Assembly (NCBI GenBank): GCA_951406725.2
Contig: OX597821.1
Coordinates: forward strand, 113,956,001-114,020,000
DNA length: 64,000 nt
Direction of reading: 5' to 3'
Origin: Octopus vulgaris
Taxonomy: Eukaryota
This document shows, one piece after another, positions 25,411-37,515 of this stretch. The position numbers and the translations under genes are program-made. Under the pieces are notes generated by a model that worked only from the letters and a program-made list of their open reading frames with translations, did no database searches and was not told where the DNA came from. Positions within the stretch are counted from its first letter, which is position 1, and each line of letters starts with the position of its first letter.

Positions 25411-25732
25411 AAATAAGCCACAAGGATATCCAGAGGTAATGCAACACGATCGTTTCAAGCAACTCCATTTAATTGAAGAATACAACCATTACATCAATTT
25501 AAATGCAGAGCAATCCTCATTTGTATAAAGACATAGAATTTAATTAAATTAAAACAGATGGATACATTAATATAATTGTACCTAAAATCTCTAAAAAGGT
25601 AAGAGGAAAGACAAAGAACACGCTGCCTTCACTTCAGCTTAGAAGCTATAATGGTTGCATTGTTCAATTAAATGGAGTTGCTTGAAACGATCGTACTGAT
25701 GCCTCAACTTAAGTACCATATTCATCTGAATC

Positions 25733-25737
<5 letters not shown>
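25409..25737. mobile_element. Inverted-repeat element in (TA)n, related to 27648-27890 (Penelope-like terminus?)
   Basis: CGATCGTTTCAAGCAACTCCATTTAATTGAA (~25447-25477) is inverted at ~25663-25693. The end CTTAAGTACCATATTCATCT is the revcomp of AGATGAATATGGTACTTAAG at ~27671. Confidence 0.6.
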
Positions 25738-25811
<74 letters not shown>

Positions 25812-26100
25812 ATGAGGTAACAAAACCAAGGGTGTGAGGAGTTTTCAAGACATTTATAATGAAATAGTCTTACAGTTGTTTCTGGGATATTATGGATATG
25901 CTTTCATCAGAGACGGTGTGAGAAAATATTTGAGTGGGAATTATTACGGAAAAGGAGGAGATAGGGAATATAGAGGGATATAAGAGAATGAAAGTGGAAA
26001 TAAGATATAAATTTGCAGTTCCTTTATTCGAGGTAAATGGTGTATAGAAGTGGTAAAAAAGTTTCTTGTAAATGGTAAGTCCCAATATATATATATTATA

Positions 26101-26300
<200 letters not shown>

Positions 26301-26544
26301 GCGTAATGCAGAAGTTCAAATCACGCCAAATCAACTTTGGCTTTCATCATTTTGGGGAAATCGAAACAATTTAGTACAAGTACCTTTCGGGGAAGTCAAA
26401 ACACTTTTTACTTGTGTTACTTAAAGTATAAATTTCTAAAATGCCATTGAAAAATAAAGCAATGGAGTCGAGAGCATCGATTAAACACTTCTCAAAACTA
26501 CGAGCCTTGTCCGCAAATTAGAAGACATTATTATTTCTTGCAAT

Positions 26545-26765
26545 ACGAAGGCGTTGAGCTGGTAAATTCCTTAACACACCAAACGATGTGTTCAGCCACA
26601 TTTCGCTCGTCTTTATGTCCTCAGTTCGAATTCCGCCAAAGTCGGCTCTGATTTCATCCTTTCGGTGACGATAAAATAAGTAGCCCTCGATCAGTGGGGA
26701 TTGATGTAATCGACTGCCCTCCTCTCCCAAAATCTCAGGCCTTCTGCCTATAACAGAAAGTATTA
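26545..26765 (+). mobile_element. SINE-B, diverged, alternative tail
   Basis: AAGGCGTTGAGCTGG...AGTTCGAATTCCGCC...CCCAAAATCTCAGGCCTT. Confidence 0.75.
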
Positions 26766-27594
26766 TTTCTTCCAGTATCTCGTTCTCTTTTAGTCGTTTT
26801 CATGGGTCCGGTCAGCAAATTCTGGGAGTTCTTTCGTTTTTTCCATGCTACTAAATCATAGAGAAAGGCAAAATGTTCATTTTTCAATTATTCTCCAACT
26901 GGAAATCCTGAAGCTTCTAGATTATTCCTGAAGATTAAATTATTTATCTCGCATTCTTTTTAACCCAATGTAACATACGTAAATAAGTTATCGAAGTAAA
27001 CCAAGCACAAAACGCCGCCCCGACTCTAATTCGTCTTGTTTTACTGCCAATGATTCAAATAAATTGAAATACAACGGTTTAAGATGATGAAAATGTTGTA
27101 ACTGAAGCCTATTAAATTCAATTTCGTTTACTCAAATGTAAGAGATACGTAAGTTACTTTCTTCTCATGTGTTGAAAAGAAAGAGAGATGTAGTTTTATC
27201 TTTAATCAAAATTGTTTCTGAAGTGTCAAAGAATAAACTGTGTGGTAGAGAAAGAACACCATCAATGTACTTCTACATTCACGTTTTTCATGTTGATATA
27301 CTGACGAGAGAAAATAGGTGCATTTCTACACGAGATATCATTAAAGTTGTAAAGGTTTTAACGCTTACGCTGAGTTATGGGAATGAGGTGCGGTGACTAA
27401 GACTGAACGATGATACTAGAGTTCGACATAAACACTCCGAGTTTAATCATTTTGATACATGGGAAACCCGTGCAGAAGTTTGATAAAATTGAAGTGGAGA
27501 AGAAAACATTTGGTATGGAATTACCAATCTGAGAAACTTATTATTCAGGTGTATTATTCAGGTAGTTATACACCTGACACAAACCATTTCAAGG

Positions 27595-27650
<56 letters not shown>

Positions 27651-27744
27651 TTCAGCAAAATTTAGATTAAGATGAATATGGTACTTAAGTTAAAGGCACC
27701 AGAATTTGGTATGGTATTATCCATATAAATCAAATTATAATCAC

Positions 27745-27884
27745 AATAAGCAGCAAGGATATCCAAGGTACAGTAGTAAAATTGTTTCATGCTACTTCAT
27801 TTTATTAAACCCTGTAAGGTTTAATAAAATGAAGTAGCATGAAACAATTTTACTACTGTACCTTGGATATCCTTGCTGCTTATT
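27745..27884. repeat. Perfect 67-bp-arm hairpin with 6-nt loop
   Basis: 27745-27811 is the reverse complement of 27818-27884 (AATAAGCAGCAAGGATATCCAAGG...TTTATTAAACC / GGTTTAATAAAA...GCTGCTTATT). Confidence 0.92.
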
Positions 27885-27888
27885 TTGA

Positions 27889-27934
<46 letters not shown>

Positions 27935-27951
27935 TATATGTGTCTGTATCC

Positions 27952-28019
<68 letters not shown>

Positions 28020-28025
28020 CTTTAG

Positions 28026-28142
28026 CAAGAATGGTATTATTGACAGTAACTTCGAAGTTGTTGGCCAGTTAAGCCATCATCGGACTGTCCGACAATGGCT
28101 TAGCTGGCCGAAATTTCGAAGTCACTTTCAATACAATTCTTG
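28026..28142. repeat. Imperfect palindrome (fold-back element), second copy at ~47077-47165
   Basis: GGCCAGTTAAGCCATCATCGGAC / GTCCGACAATGGCTTAGCTGGCC is centred near 28086. The arms extend to CAAGAAT...ATTCTTG. Confidence 0.8.
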
Positions 28143-28314
28143 ATAAAGAATAAACTAAATTGTGTTCTACCAAATATATTGAGTAATTCTTCATTTCAAT
28201 GTAAAATTGTGTTTATTATAACATAAAAACAAACATGCTGTAAATAACTGTTAAATAAAATTATGGCTGTGAAAAGGCTCCTTTCTCCTCACTATTGAAT
28301 GTGTGTGTGTGCGA

Positions 28315-28411
<97 letters not shown>

Positions 28412-29756
28412 CTTATATATACATATACATACACACACACGTATATATGTATGTATGTATGTATGTATTGACCTCTGACCTTGTCTCATACGAGCTTCAG
28501 CGGAACCGCAACTGTAACCTGGTCGCTGTTGCTGCGACGAAAATTTTAACACCAGTCTATCAAAGTTTGTGCGTGTGTATTTTTTTTTTAATAGCTGACA
28601 TATGTCTTCCATGCTGCAATCGGTTTAGTTTCTTGAACACTCCGTCCTATGTCAGGTCAAATGATTGGCAAGTCCACATCCGAAATGCCATGTATTTCAA
28701 GGAAAGAACAAAAGGAAATGGTCCGTACATTTCTTGGCAATGGAATGACACCAGCCACAAAACCATTTGATGGATTACAAGATATCAGCAAAATAAGATA
28801 AAGAAAAAATATACTTAGACTATGAGTTGAATTTTAGTATTCAGAAAAGAAAATCTGAAAACTTATGTTTGTTTTATGATCAATGTGCAGTGTTTTTTTC
28901 AAAAAACATCATTCTTTCGGGCTGTACTCTGCTTCTCTTCCTTTTTTGTAGTGTTCCAGTTACTTCATCAGAAGAGCAACGGTTTGAAACTGCACACCTT
29001 CTAATTGTTCTGTTCCCTTTGTGTTTTGTTTATGACTTCGGATATGAAATTATATTTTTTTGTTGCATTCATGTTTAGTTTTAAAGAAGCAACGCAAAGC
29101 TATAAATGCAAATGTAAACAACTTTTAATATCCTACCTTAATATTTCAGCATGAAGAACATTCCAGGCTCAGTTGTTCACATTTACTTACATAGAAATCT
29201 TTCAATTTCAATGAACATTGTCAATACATGACATTAGGAAAATGTCATGACCCAAATGTTTACGGCAGCAGACATTCAAAGCATCGTTCGTCATCGCACG
29301 TAAATTGGGTTAATTACTATATATGGGGTACAATTTTTATATATTTGACCTTGAGGAGCAAAAAATTAGTCATAAAAAGTACATGGGTTGGTATCAAAGA
29401 AGCTGGGTAACTAAGTATATTCTAATTAGATTTCGCGTCGAGTTAAAGCACTCGGGTTATTCTTCGGTTCTTATATTATGGCAGATAATAAAAAAATGGA
29501 GCTTATTCTTTCAAAATTACGAAAATTTGTCACAAGAGGGTTTGGAGAGAAGTAAGGGTAGGAGGAGGAGGAAGAAGAAGAGGAGGAAGGGGAGAGGTGC
29601 CGAAGCGGTGTACTGTCTAGTGAATCCCTTCAAGTAAATTCAGATAATTTAATAATTGTTTTGACGAATGGATAATGAAAAGTAAATAAACTCCAGTGGG
29701 ATATGAATTACAGGATGTGCCAAAGCATTCTACCAAAGTATGCTAGAGAATGTTAT

Positions 29757-29826
<70 letters not shown>

Positions 29827-29832
29827 AATGAT
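29757..29832. repeat. (GAT)n microsatellite
   Basis: Directly visible. Confidence 0.95.
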
Positions 29833-30036
29833 GCTTAGTCTGTGCAGACAACTGGACATACCAAGTCAATAATACTAAATCAATATTTGTTTTCTTTTCC
29901 GCATCGAATTATTGATAACTTGTTTCTCTTGGATAAAGCGAAATTTGTCACTGGAAACTATTCTGTCGCTGGACAGGACAATACCTTGAATCCGTGTGTG
30001 TGTGTGTGTGTGTATGTACACACACACACACACACA

Positions 30037-30078
<42 letters not shown>

Positions 30079-30291
30079 CGCAGGTGTGGCTGTGTGGTAA
30101 GTAGGTTTGGTTCCCATCCATATCGTTCCGAGTTCAGTCCCACTGCGTGGCATCTTGGTCAAGTGGCTTCCACAGCCTCGGGTCGACCAAAGCCTTGTAA
30201 ATAGATTTGGTAGACGGGAACTGAAAGAGGACCTTCGTATATATATATATATATATATATACATACATATATGGATGTATGTATGCATGTA

Positions 30292-30322
<31 letters not shown>

Positions 30323-31386
30323 AACAACGTGTGTAACTATTTCTGCTTGAGCAACCCTCACTCTGTTCACTTCAGGCAAAACTTTTAGTTTAGTACATAG
30401 GCTGTTGTTTCTTTGCCATTTGAATATCCTCAATATCCCTCGGCTGATGACTTAGAAAGGGTATAACGAAAGGGCCTAATTATTGTGCTCTGTTGTTTGT
30501 GCTTCCTGAAGGGAAATCAATGATCTATAACCTTCTTCAGAGTCAGAGGAATTCAATTCCTTTCTAAACCATTGACGACAATGAACTTCACAGAATTGGA
30601 GGGAATGTATGTTTGCATATTTTCCAAACGACATTCGCAAACAAACTGATATTAAATACTGGATAATATAAATCACCCTGTATCTCAAATTCTTCTGAAG
30701 AGCTATAATCCTCATATTTACTTCAATTTGGTAGAGGACTGCCATCGCATTAAATTATGTAACCGTAGTATAGAATTGCAAATACTTAGCAGTTACTCTG
30801 TACCTTCGGGTGGGTCTCTTCTCTAGCGAGATTTCATAACTACACAGAAACACACATGGAAAGACAGAAAAGGATTTACTAAAGATTTCTTCCTATAAAT
30901 TCTTCTGTTCAAAGAAATTGGAGGAAGCATGTTGACATATATGTAACTTGTAGTAATATAAGAAAACTATAAAGGTTTGCTGAGATGGACGTTAATAAAC
31001 ACAGATGTACGTTAATGGAGACTGAAATTGCTGAAAAAGCAATTGTCCGTTCAAAGCAATTAATATATGGTTGTATTAAAGATAGATTGGACCGGAAGTT
31101 TAGCATTTAACTAAATATAAGGTCACGTATTACTGAAATATAGAACCTATAACTGTTGCTCTTTGATATTTTCAACTATATGCCAAAAGAAATTAAATGT
31201 GCTTCGGGAGCAAATCTGGTTCTGAGTCATTATTTCTTAATCTAAAGAACTCTGTATTTGCTTCCATTTCCTCTTAGCATTAAATCCTTGTTGAAACTGT
31301 CTTTCCGCACATATATTCTTGTATATATTTCCTTCCAACTATATTTCCATGCGACTATTTTCAACTGTCACTTTATTATTAATTAC

Positions 31387-31930
31387 AAGGCAGTGAGCTG
31401 GCAGAAACATTAGCACGCCGGGCGAAATGCGTAGCCGTATTTCGTCTGCCGCTACGTTCTGAGTTCAAATTCAGCCGAGGTCGACTTTGCCTTTCATCCT
31501 TTGGGGGTCGATTAAATAAGTACCAGTTACGCACTGGGGTCGATATAATCGACTTAATCCGTTTGTCTGTCCTTGTTTGTCCTCTCTGTGTTTAGCCCCT
31601 TGTGGGTAGTAAAGAAATAGGTATTTCGTCTGCCGCTACGTTCTGAGTTCAAATTCAGCCGAGGTCGACTTTGCCTTTCATCCTTTCGGAGTCGATTAAA
31701 TAAGTACCAGTTACCCACTGGGGTCGATATAATCGACTTAATCCGTTTGTCTGTCCTTGTTTGTCCTCTCTATGTTTAGCCCCTTGTGGATAGTAAAGAA
31801 ATAGATATTTCGTCCGCCTTTACGTTCTGAGATCAAATTTCACTAAGGTCCGCCTTGCCTTTCATTCTTTCGGGGGTCGATAAAATAAATACAAGTAGAG
31901 CACTTGGAGGGGGGGCGATGTAATCGACTT
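31387..31930 (+). mobile_element. SINE-B head-to-tail array with 184-bp period
   Basis: (G/A)TATTTCGTC starts at 31437, 31621 and 31805. Units 1 and 2 carry the Tx1-like tail. Unit 3 is more diverged and lacks it. Confidence 0.92.
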
Positions 31931-31973
31931 AGTCTCTTGTATCAACATTTAAAACCAATTCATTATAAATCAT

Positions 31974-32190
31974 AAGGCAGCGAGCTGGTCGAATCGTTAG
32001 CATGTCAGGCAAATTGCTTAGCAGCATTTCGTCCGTTTTCACGTTCTGAGTTCGAACTCCGCCGATATCGATTTTGCCTTTCATCTTTTCGGGATCGATA
32101 AAATAAGTACCAGTTGAGCACTGCAGTCTTTGAATAGGCTTGTTCATTCGCCGAAGTTGGGGGCCCTGTCCCAAAATTTGAAACCAACAT
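31974..32190 (+). mobile_element. SINE-B, alternative tail
   Basis: AAGGCAGCGAGCTGG...GAGTTCGAACTCC...CCAAAATTTGAAACCAA. Confidence 0.8.
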
Positions 32191-32525
32191 ATTATTAATC
32201 ATTGACTTTGTTGGCATGACAACGAATTCCGTCCAATAGCATAGTTCTGGTTTAGGTGAATGAGTTTAAACCTTCGTAACAATAACATCTTAGCTATTCT
32301 GAGCGTTTAATTACGAGGAATTCCATTTCTTAACATTACTGACACCCTAGCCAGAGTTTTTAGATCATTCAACACTATGTACCAATCCTGATACGGCAAC
32401 AATGTTGTCAAATACTAGATCTTGTCTTTAAATTGGATTTGTGTTCGTATAACAGCTGGTTGCCCACATATAGATTTACCCTGGTTTTGTGATTTAGAAA
32501 AGACACTGCAACGTTGGAGCAATGG

Positions 32526-32836
32526 TTGTTTGCCAACATAACATGGCAGTCCTGGTTTAGGACGAATGTTGCTGTAATCTAACCCCACGAGACATCGTCT
32601 CCGGCTGGTTATACGACACGATCTGTGTCCTTATATTTTCGAACAAGGGAATCTAGCACCCCCCACTCAGCTGAAAACAATATCTGTGTATCGTGATTTC
32701 CGGGTTATTTCTCTTCATCAATACAGAATAATTGTTCTGATCGTGTCGTATAGTCAGCTGGAGACGATGTCTCCTGGGACTAAATTACAGCAAGATTCGT
32801 CCTAAACCAGGACTGCCATGTTATGTTGGCAAACAA
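32526..32836. mobile_element. Inverted-repeat element with ~98-bp arms, related fragment at ~3480-3610
   Basis: TTGTTTGCCAACATAACATGGCAGTCCTGGTTTAGGACGAAT...ACACGATC (32526-32623) versus GATCGTGTCG...ATTCGTCCTAAACCAGGACTGCCATGTTATGTTGGCAAACAA (32739-32836). Confidence 0.8.
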
Positions 32837-33059
32837 TCTTTACTCCAAAGTACTCTTGCTGAATATCTCTCGTTGTGAGATTTAAAAACAGCAATTCACT
32901 GCAACGTTGTTTAGCATTATTGATCCTTCAGTCAATGAAAGAATTCTTCCCAACGAGAATATACAGATCCACACATGTAAATTAATATATCGCAAGTATA
33001 TCGAGAATATGTAGATCCATAACATAGCATAATTAAAGAGTTTATCGTAAATATTCTGA

Positions 33060-33420
33060 AGGATATTTCGTCCGCCCATACGTTCGGGGTTCAAATTCGA
33101 CCCTAGTCGAGTACTGGAGTCCATGTAATCGATTTTGCCGTCTCTCCCAAGAAATTGCTGGCCTCGTGCCAAAATTTGAAACCGATATTTTATCATGGGT
33201 TGAGACGGTGATTTGGCAGAATCGTTAGAGCGCTGGACAAATTACTTAGCGGCATGTCATCTATCTTTACGTTCTGAGTTCAAATTCTGACGGGGTGTAC
33301 TTTGCTTTACATCTTTTCGGGATCGATAAGGTAAGTACCACTTGCGCATTGGGGCTGATGTAATCGACTGCCCCCACTCCACCGAAAAAAATGTCAGTCT
33401 TTGTGTCTATTGTAAAAAAA
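33060..33420 (+). mobile_element. Two diverged SINE-B copies
   Basis: GGTTCAAATTCG / GAGTTCAAATTCTG B-boxes, GATGTAATCGA and alternative tails. Confidence 0.7.
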
Positions 33421-34819
33421 ATATTTTATCGTACGGGACACGCGTGCCTTTTCAGAAGCGAATCCATTGGTAGAAATTCAAAGCTGATGTAATTTACTAT
33501 TTTGAAAACCTTCTGGACACTGTTTTGGTTGCAGTATTGATGTAGTGGACAGTGATCAGAGACTAAGGGTGGGTGTGCAGAATGTGCTAAGTTTTTGATT
33601 GTCCTGGGTGGGTGTTCACCAGTAAAAGGAAGTGCAAGGATGAGTATCAATGCCGTTGAATGAGATAAAACATGGCTAAGAATAACAACATCGTATCACG
33701 TTCGTACAAGGCGGATTCTATCTGCAAATAGCCATGTCTTACATAATAGTAACACTTCGATAAAAGTTTTAAAAAACGAGTAATTATTTCCTTAATCACA
33801 AGATCTATGTCTGTAACAAGCGTTCTTCATGCTTTCAGAGACCACGTGCAATAGTTAAAAGATCAGCTCACTGTAAAATAATAAAAGAAAAGACCTTTTT
33901 TCTTCTTCGTTTTTATTTCCTGAAATGGAGACTTTTCTGCATCACATTAGCTCTTGCTTTTTTATATTTTACTACCAACTTAAATTGACAGTTGTTCAAG
34001 CTCAAACATGTGTAATACGATAAAGGACTGTCCCTCCCTCTATTCAATACAGAAAACACTTAGCTCTTAATGTAGTCGTAGTTTTTCAATGGAATGAACA
34101 AATGTTTTTCTTACGCATTGACGTATCTTCACATATCATAAAATATACACCCGTTTCCCCTAGGGTCCATATAACCTTTCTTATCCCCTATCCCCTTATA
34201 TTCATATACTTTCACTGATATAAATTTCTTTTGCGGTCTATAAATCACGTGAATGTTTACAACGACGTTATAAATCCATCAGTAAACCTCTCTCTCTCTC
34301 TCTCTCTCTCTCAATCTATCTATCTATATATATGTATATATATATATCACTTTCTAACATGCGCGCGCGCGATTTTCAGCGAACGACGTGATCACCCAGC
34401 CTCAGTTTGATGCCTCATTGACCAAAAGCACCGCCAACACTCGCAAGAACATTTATTTTTCACACACCTTCACACATATTTCACTGACATTACAGTAAAA
34501 CCCGCTTCAGTTACCCATTTTCAGCTTTCAACAAGCGAAATATGAATATGTCCCTCTCTGTGTCTGCAACCCATGACATTCAATAGAGTTGTTTGTACCA
34601 CCCACATATGTCTACCCTCTATCTTAGTAGTAAATCAAGATTCTATTTCACTCCCCGCCCTTCACACTCACAACCAATCTTTATTAAAACACACTGTTTC
34701 GTCTGTAGATACTTTTCACTTTCATAACTTCTTAGTAGAAGCCAACACTAGAATCGCTTGGTGATTCGTCTGCCTGCTAGAAATAGCAGCCAAGTCTACA
34801 TCAAATCATATATCTTTAA

Positions 34820-35190
34820 AGCGCAGAAATGGCTGTATGGTTAAGAAGCTCGCTTTGCAACCTCGAGGTTTTAGGTTCAGTCTCATTGTGTCGCACCTGA
34901 ACCGACCAAAGCTTTGCGAGTAAATTTGGTAGACGGAAACTGTGAGGACGTCCATCATATGTATGTGCGTGTGTATGTGTGTGCGTATGCATGTATGCAT
35001 GTGTGTGTTTGCCCTCCTCCAACCGCATCACTTGACAACCGGTGCTGGTTTGTTCATATCCCCGCAACTTAGCAGTTCAGTATAAGAAATCAATAGTACC
35101 AGACTTGATGTACTTGCTCGACTAAACCCTTTAATGCGGTACACCAGTATGGCTGCAATCCAATAACTGAACCAAGGAAGAAAAGATATA
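34820..35190 (+). mobile_element. SINE-A, diverged
   Basis: Head, GGTAGACGGAAACTG core, internal TG repeat and CCAGTATGGCTGCA tail. Confidence 0.75.
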
Positions 35191-35451
35191 CAGATATTAA
35201 ATGTGGAGACATTGGATCTTGGAGCTCTAGGTAAACTGTGCCTGGATAAGAAAAGATGCCCGTAATTCTATATTTGCTCGATCAGGGCCTAACCTTGGTC
35301 TCATAATAACATGTCCACCAACGCCAAAGCCTCAACAACAACAACAACAAGTTCCAAGTCGTCTCCCTTTGGAAATTGAGATCTTCAGTAAAGAAAAACT
35401 AAAAATTTTGTTCGACAAATTTTAAAATCGTTATTTTTAATGAAATCTTTC

Positions 35452-35721
35452 AAACAAAAACAGTTGCAGCGTGGAAAGCGTTTATAAGCCATTTAAAAAC
35501 AGACAAAAACCGTTAGATTCACTTCAACATTTAAATTTAATTTGTCAAAATATTTTGGCCGCTTTGAGATCGCGACCACTGACAAAATTCCGTGCAGCAG
35601 GTCGCGGTCTCAAAGCGACGAAAATATTTTGACAAATTAAATTTAAATGTTGAAGTGAATCAAACGGTTTCTATTTTTAAATGGCTTACAAACACCTCCT
35701 ACGCTGCAATTGTTTTTGTTT
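35452..35721. mobile_element. Fold-back element with ~125-bp arms (Penelope-like inverted terminus)
   Basis: 35452-35577 is inverted at 35600-35721. The core TTCACTTCAACATTTAAATTTAATTTGTCAAAATATTTT is a perfect match. The right arm begins GGTCGCGGTCTCAAAGCGACGAAA, a stem followed by GAAA. Confidence 0.75.
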
Positions 35722-36170
35722 CAGCACACGATCTCAGATCAGGTCAGTTGCTATGCAAGTACACCTCCGTAACTTTCTTTGAATTTTGTTAGGCTAAATA
35801 GAGAGTCGCTGGGCCTAACTTTCGCAAGTTACATTTTTAAGTAGCTTAAGTAAGGATATGATTAATTAATTAATTAATCAATTAATGAAGTTTATAAAGT
35901 TGACAATAGCAACTTTTCACATATATCGTTTACTTGTTTCAATCATTCGACTGTGGCCATGCTGGGGCACCACCTTTAAGGGGTGAATCGATTAAATTGA
36001 TCCCAGTAATTATTTTTTAAAGTCTGGTACTTATTCTATCAGGCTCTTTTAACCGAACCGCTTTGTTATGAGGGCGTAAACAAACCAACACCGGTTGTCA
36101 AGCGGTGGTAGGGGACGTACACACATACAATGACAAACACACAATCATACGTACTCACATGGAAACACAC

Positions 36171-36222
<52 letters not shown>

Positions 36223-36244
36223 CTCTCTCTCTCTCTCTCTCTCT

Positions 36245-36296
<52 letters not shown>

Positions 36297-36589
36297 GGGA
36301 CAAGAACGCAAAACATCCAGACAGGTGATACAAAAAGGGACAACAAAACATCTAGATAGACGATGCAAGGAAAACAAGGACGGGTCATTCGGAGTTTTCT
36401 ATTCTCAGTCGAGTTCCAGATTATCTTTGCAATTTCGGCTGGTTAAACTCGAGATTGCTCCAATCTGGCCAGCCCCAAGGGAAAACAAAGCTAAGAGCAC
36501 CGCCTTCAGTCAAACAAATCGACACCCAGGACACGCGCGCGCGTGTGTGTGTGTTTGTGGGTGTGTGGGTGTGTGTGTGTGTACATATC

Positions 36590-36727
36590 TAAGGAGTGGC
36601 TGTGCGGTAAGTACCTTGCTTACCAACCACATGGTTCCTGGTTGAGTCTCACTGCATGACACCTTGGGCACCTGTCTTGTGAGTGGATTTGGTAGACGAA
36701 AACTGAAGGAAACCCCTCGTATATATA

Positions 36728-36775
<48 letters not shown>

Positions 36776-36950
36776 CTTGTGTGTCTGTGTTTACGTCCCC
36801 GTAACTTAGCGGTTCAGCAAAAGAGTCCGATAGAATAAGTACTAGGCTTACAAATAATAAGTCCTGGGTGTCGATTTGTTTGACTGAAGGCGGTGCTCCA
36901 GCATGGCCACAGTCAAATGACTGAAACAGCTAAAACAATAAAAGTAATAT
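36590..36950 (+). mobile_element. SINE-A near full length
   Basis: Head, core, internal (TG)n and tail GGCGGTGCTCCAGCATGGCCACAGTCAAATGACTGAAAC. Confidence 0.85.
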
Positions 36951-37284
36951 ATACAACAGTCTTCTACGTTGTTTCCGCCAACCAGATTCACTCGTAAGGC
37001 ATTGGTCGTCCCGGGGATGCAGTAGAAATCACTTAGCCAAGGTGCCCTACACTGGGATTGATCTCAAACTGTATCATTGCAAAGCGAGTTTCTTATCCAT
37101 ACAGCTATGCCTAGGACTATATGGTTAAATTAATGACGTAAAGACCAATATGGTTGAAAAAAAGACTGCCTAATGAGGGAAGGGGGTTAAAAGATGTGCT
37201 TAAGGGATTATGGAGTAGAAAGCAGTTAGATGTGTCGTATGATCTGAAAATTCTGGGACCAAAGTAGAAGTTTAAATGAGTAAA

Positions 37285-37515
37285 TATGTTTCTTTATTAC
37301 CCACAAGGGGCTAAACATAGAGGGGACAAACAAGGACAGACAAAGGGATTAAGTTGATTACATTGACCCCAGTGCGTAACTGGTACTTAATTTATCGACC
37401 CCGAAAAAATGAAAGGCAAAGTCGACCTCGGCAGAATTTGAACCCAGAACGTAACGGCAAACGAAATACGGCTACGCATTTCGCCCGGCGTGCTAACGTT
37501 TCTGCCAGCTCACCG
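37285..37515 (-). mobile_element. SINE-B, young, Tx1-like tail
   Basis: Near identical to 31387-31620. Confidence 0.9.

Noticed and set aside
29757-29832. Poly-Asp/Met coding repeat
   Set aside because: It is a pure (GAT)n microsatellite with no flanking ORF.
30476-30745. 89-aa minus-strand ORF in unique sequence
   Set aside because: No recognisable motif or splice signals. It may be decayed LINE sequence, but this is not demonstrable.
33865-33935. Possible second exon (minus strand, TTTCAG acceptor) for the MGLSK gene
   Set aside because: The polypyrimidine tract and donor are weak and the peptide is low-complexity. It cannot be supported.
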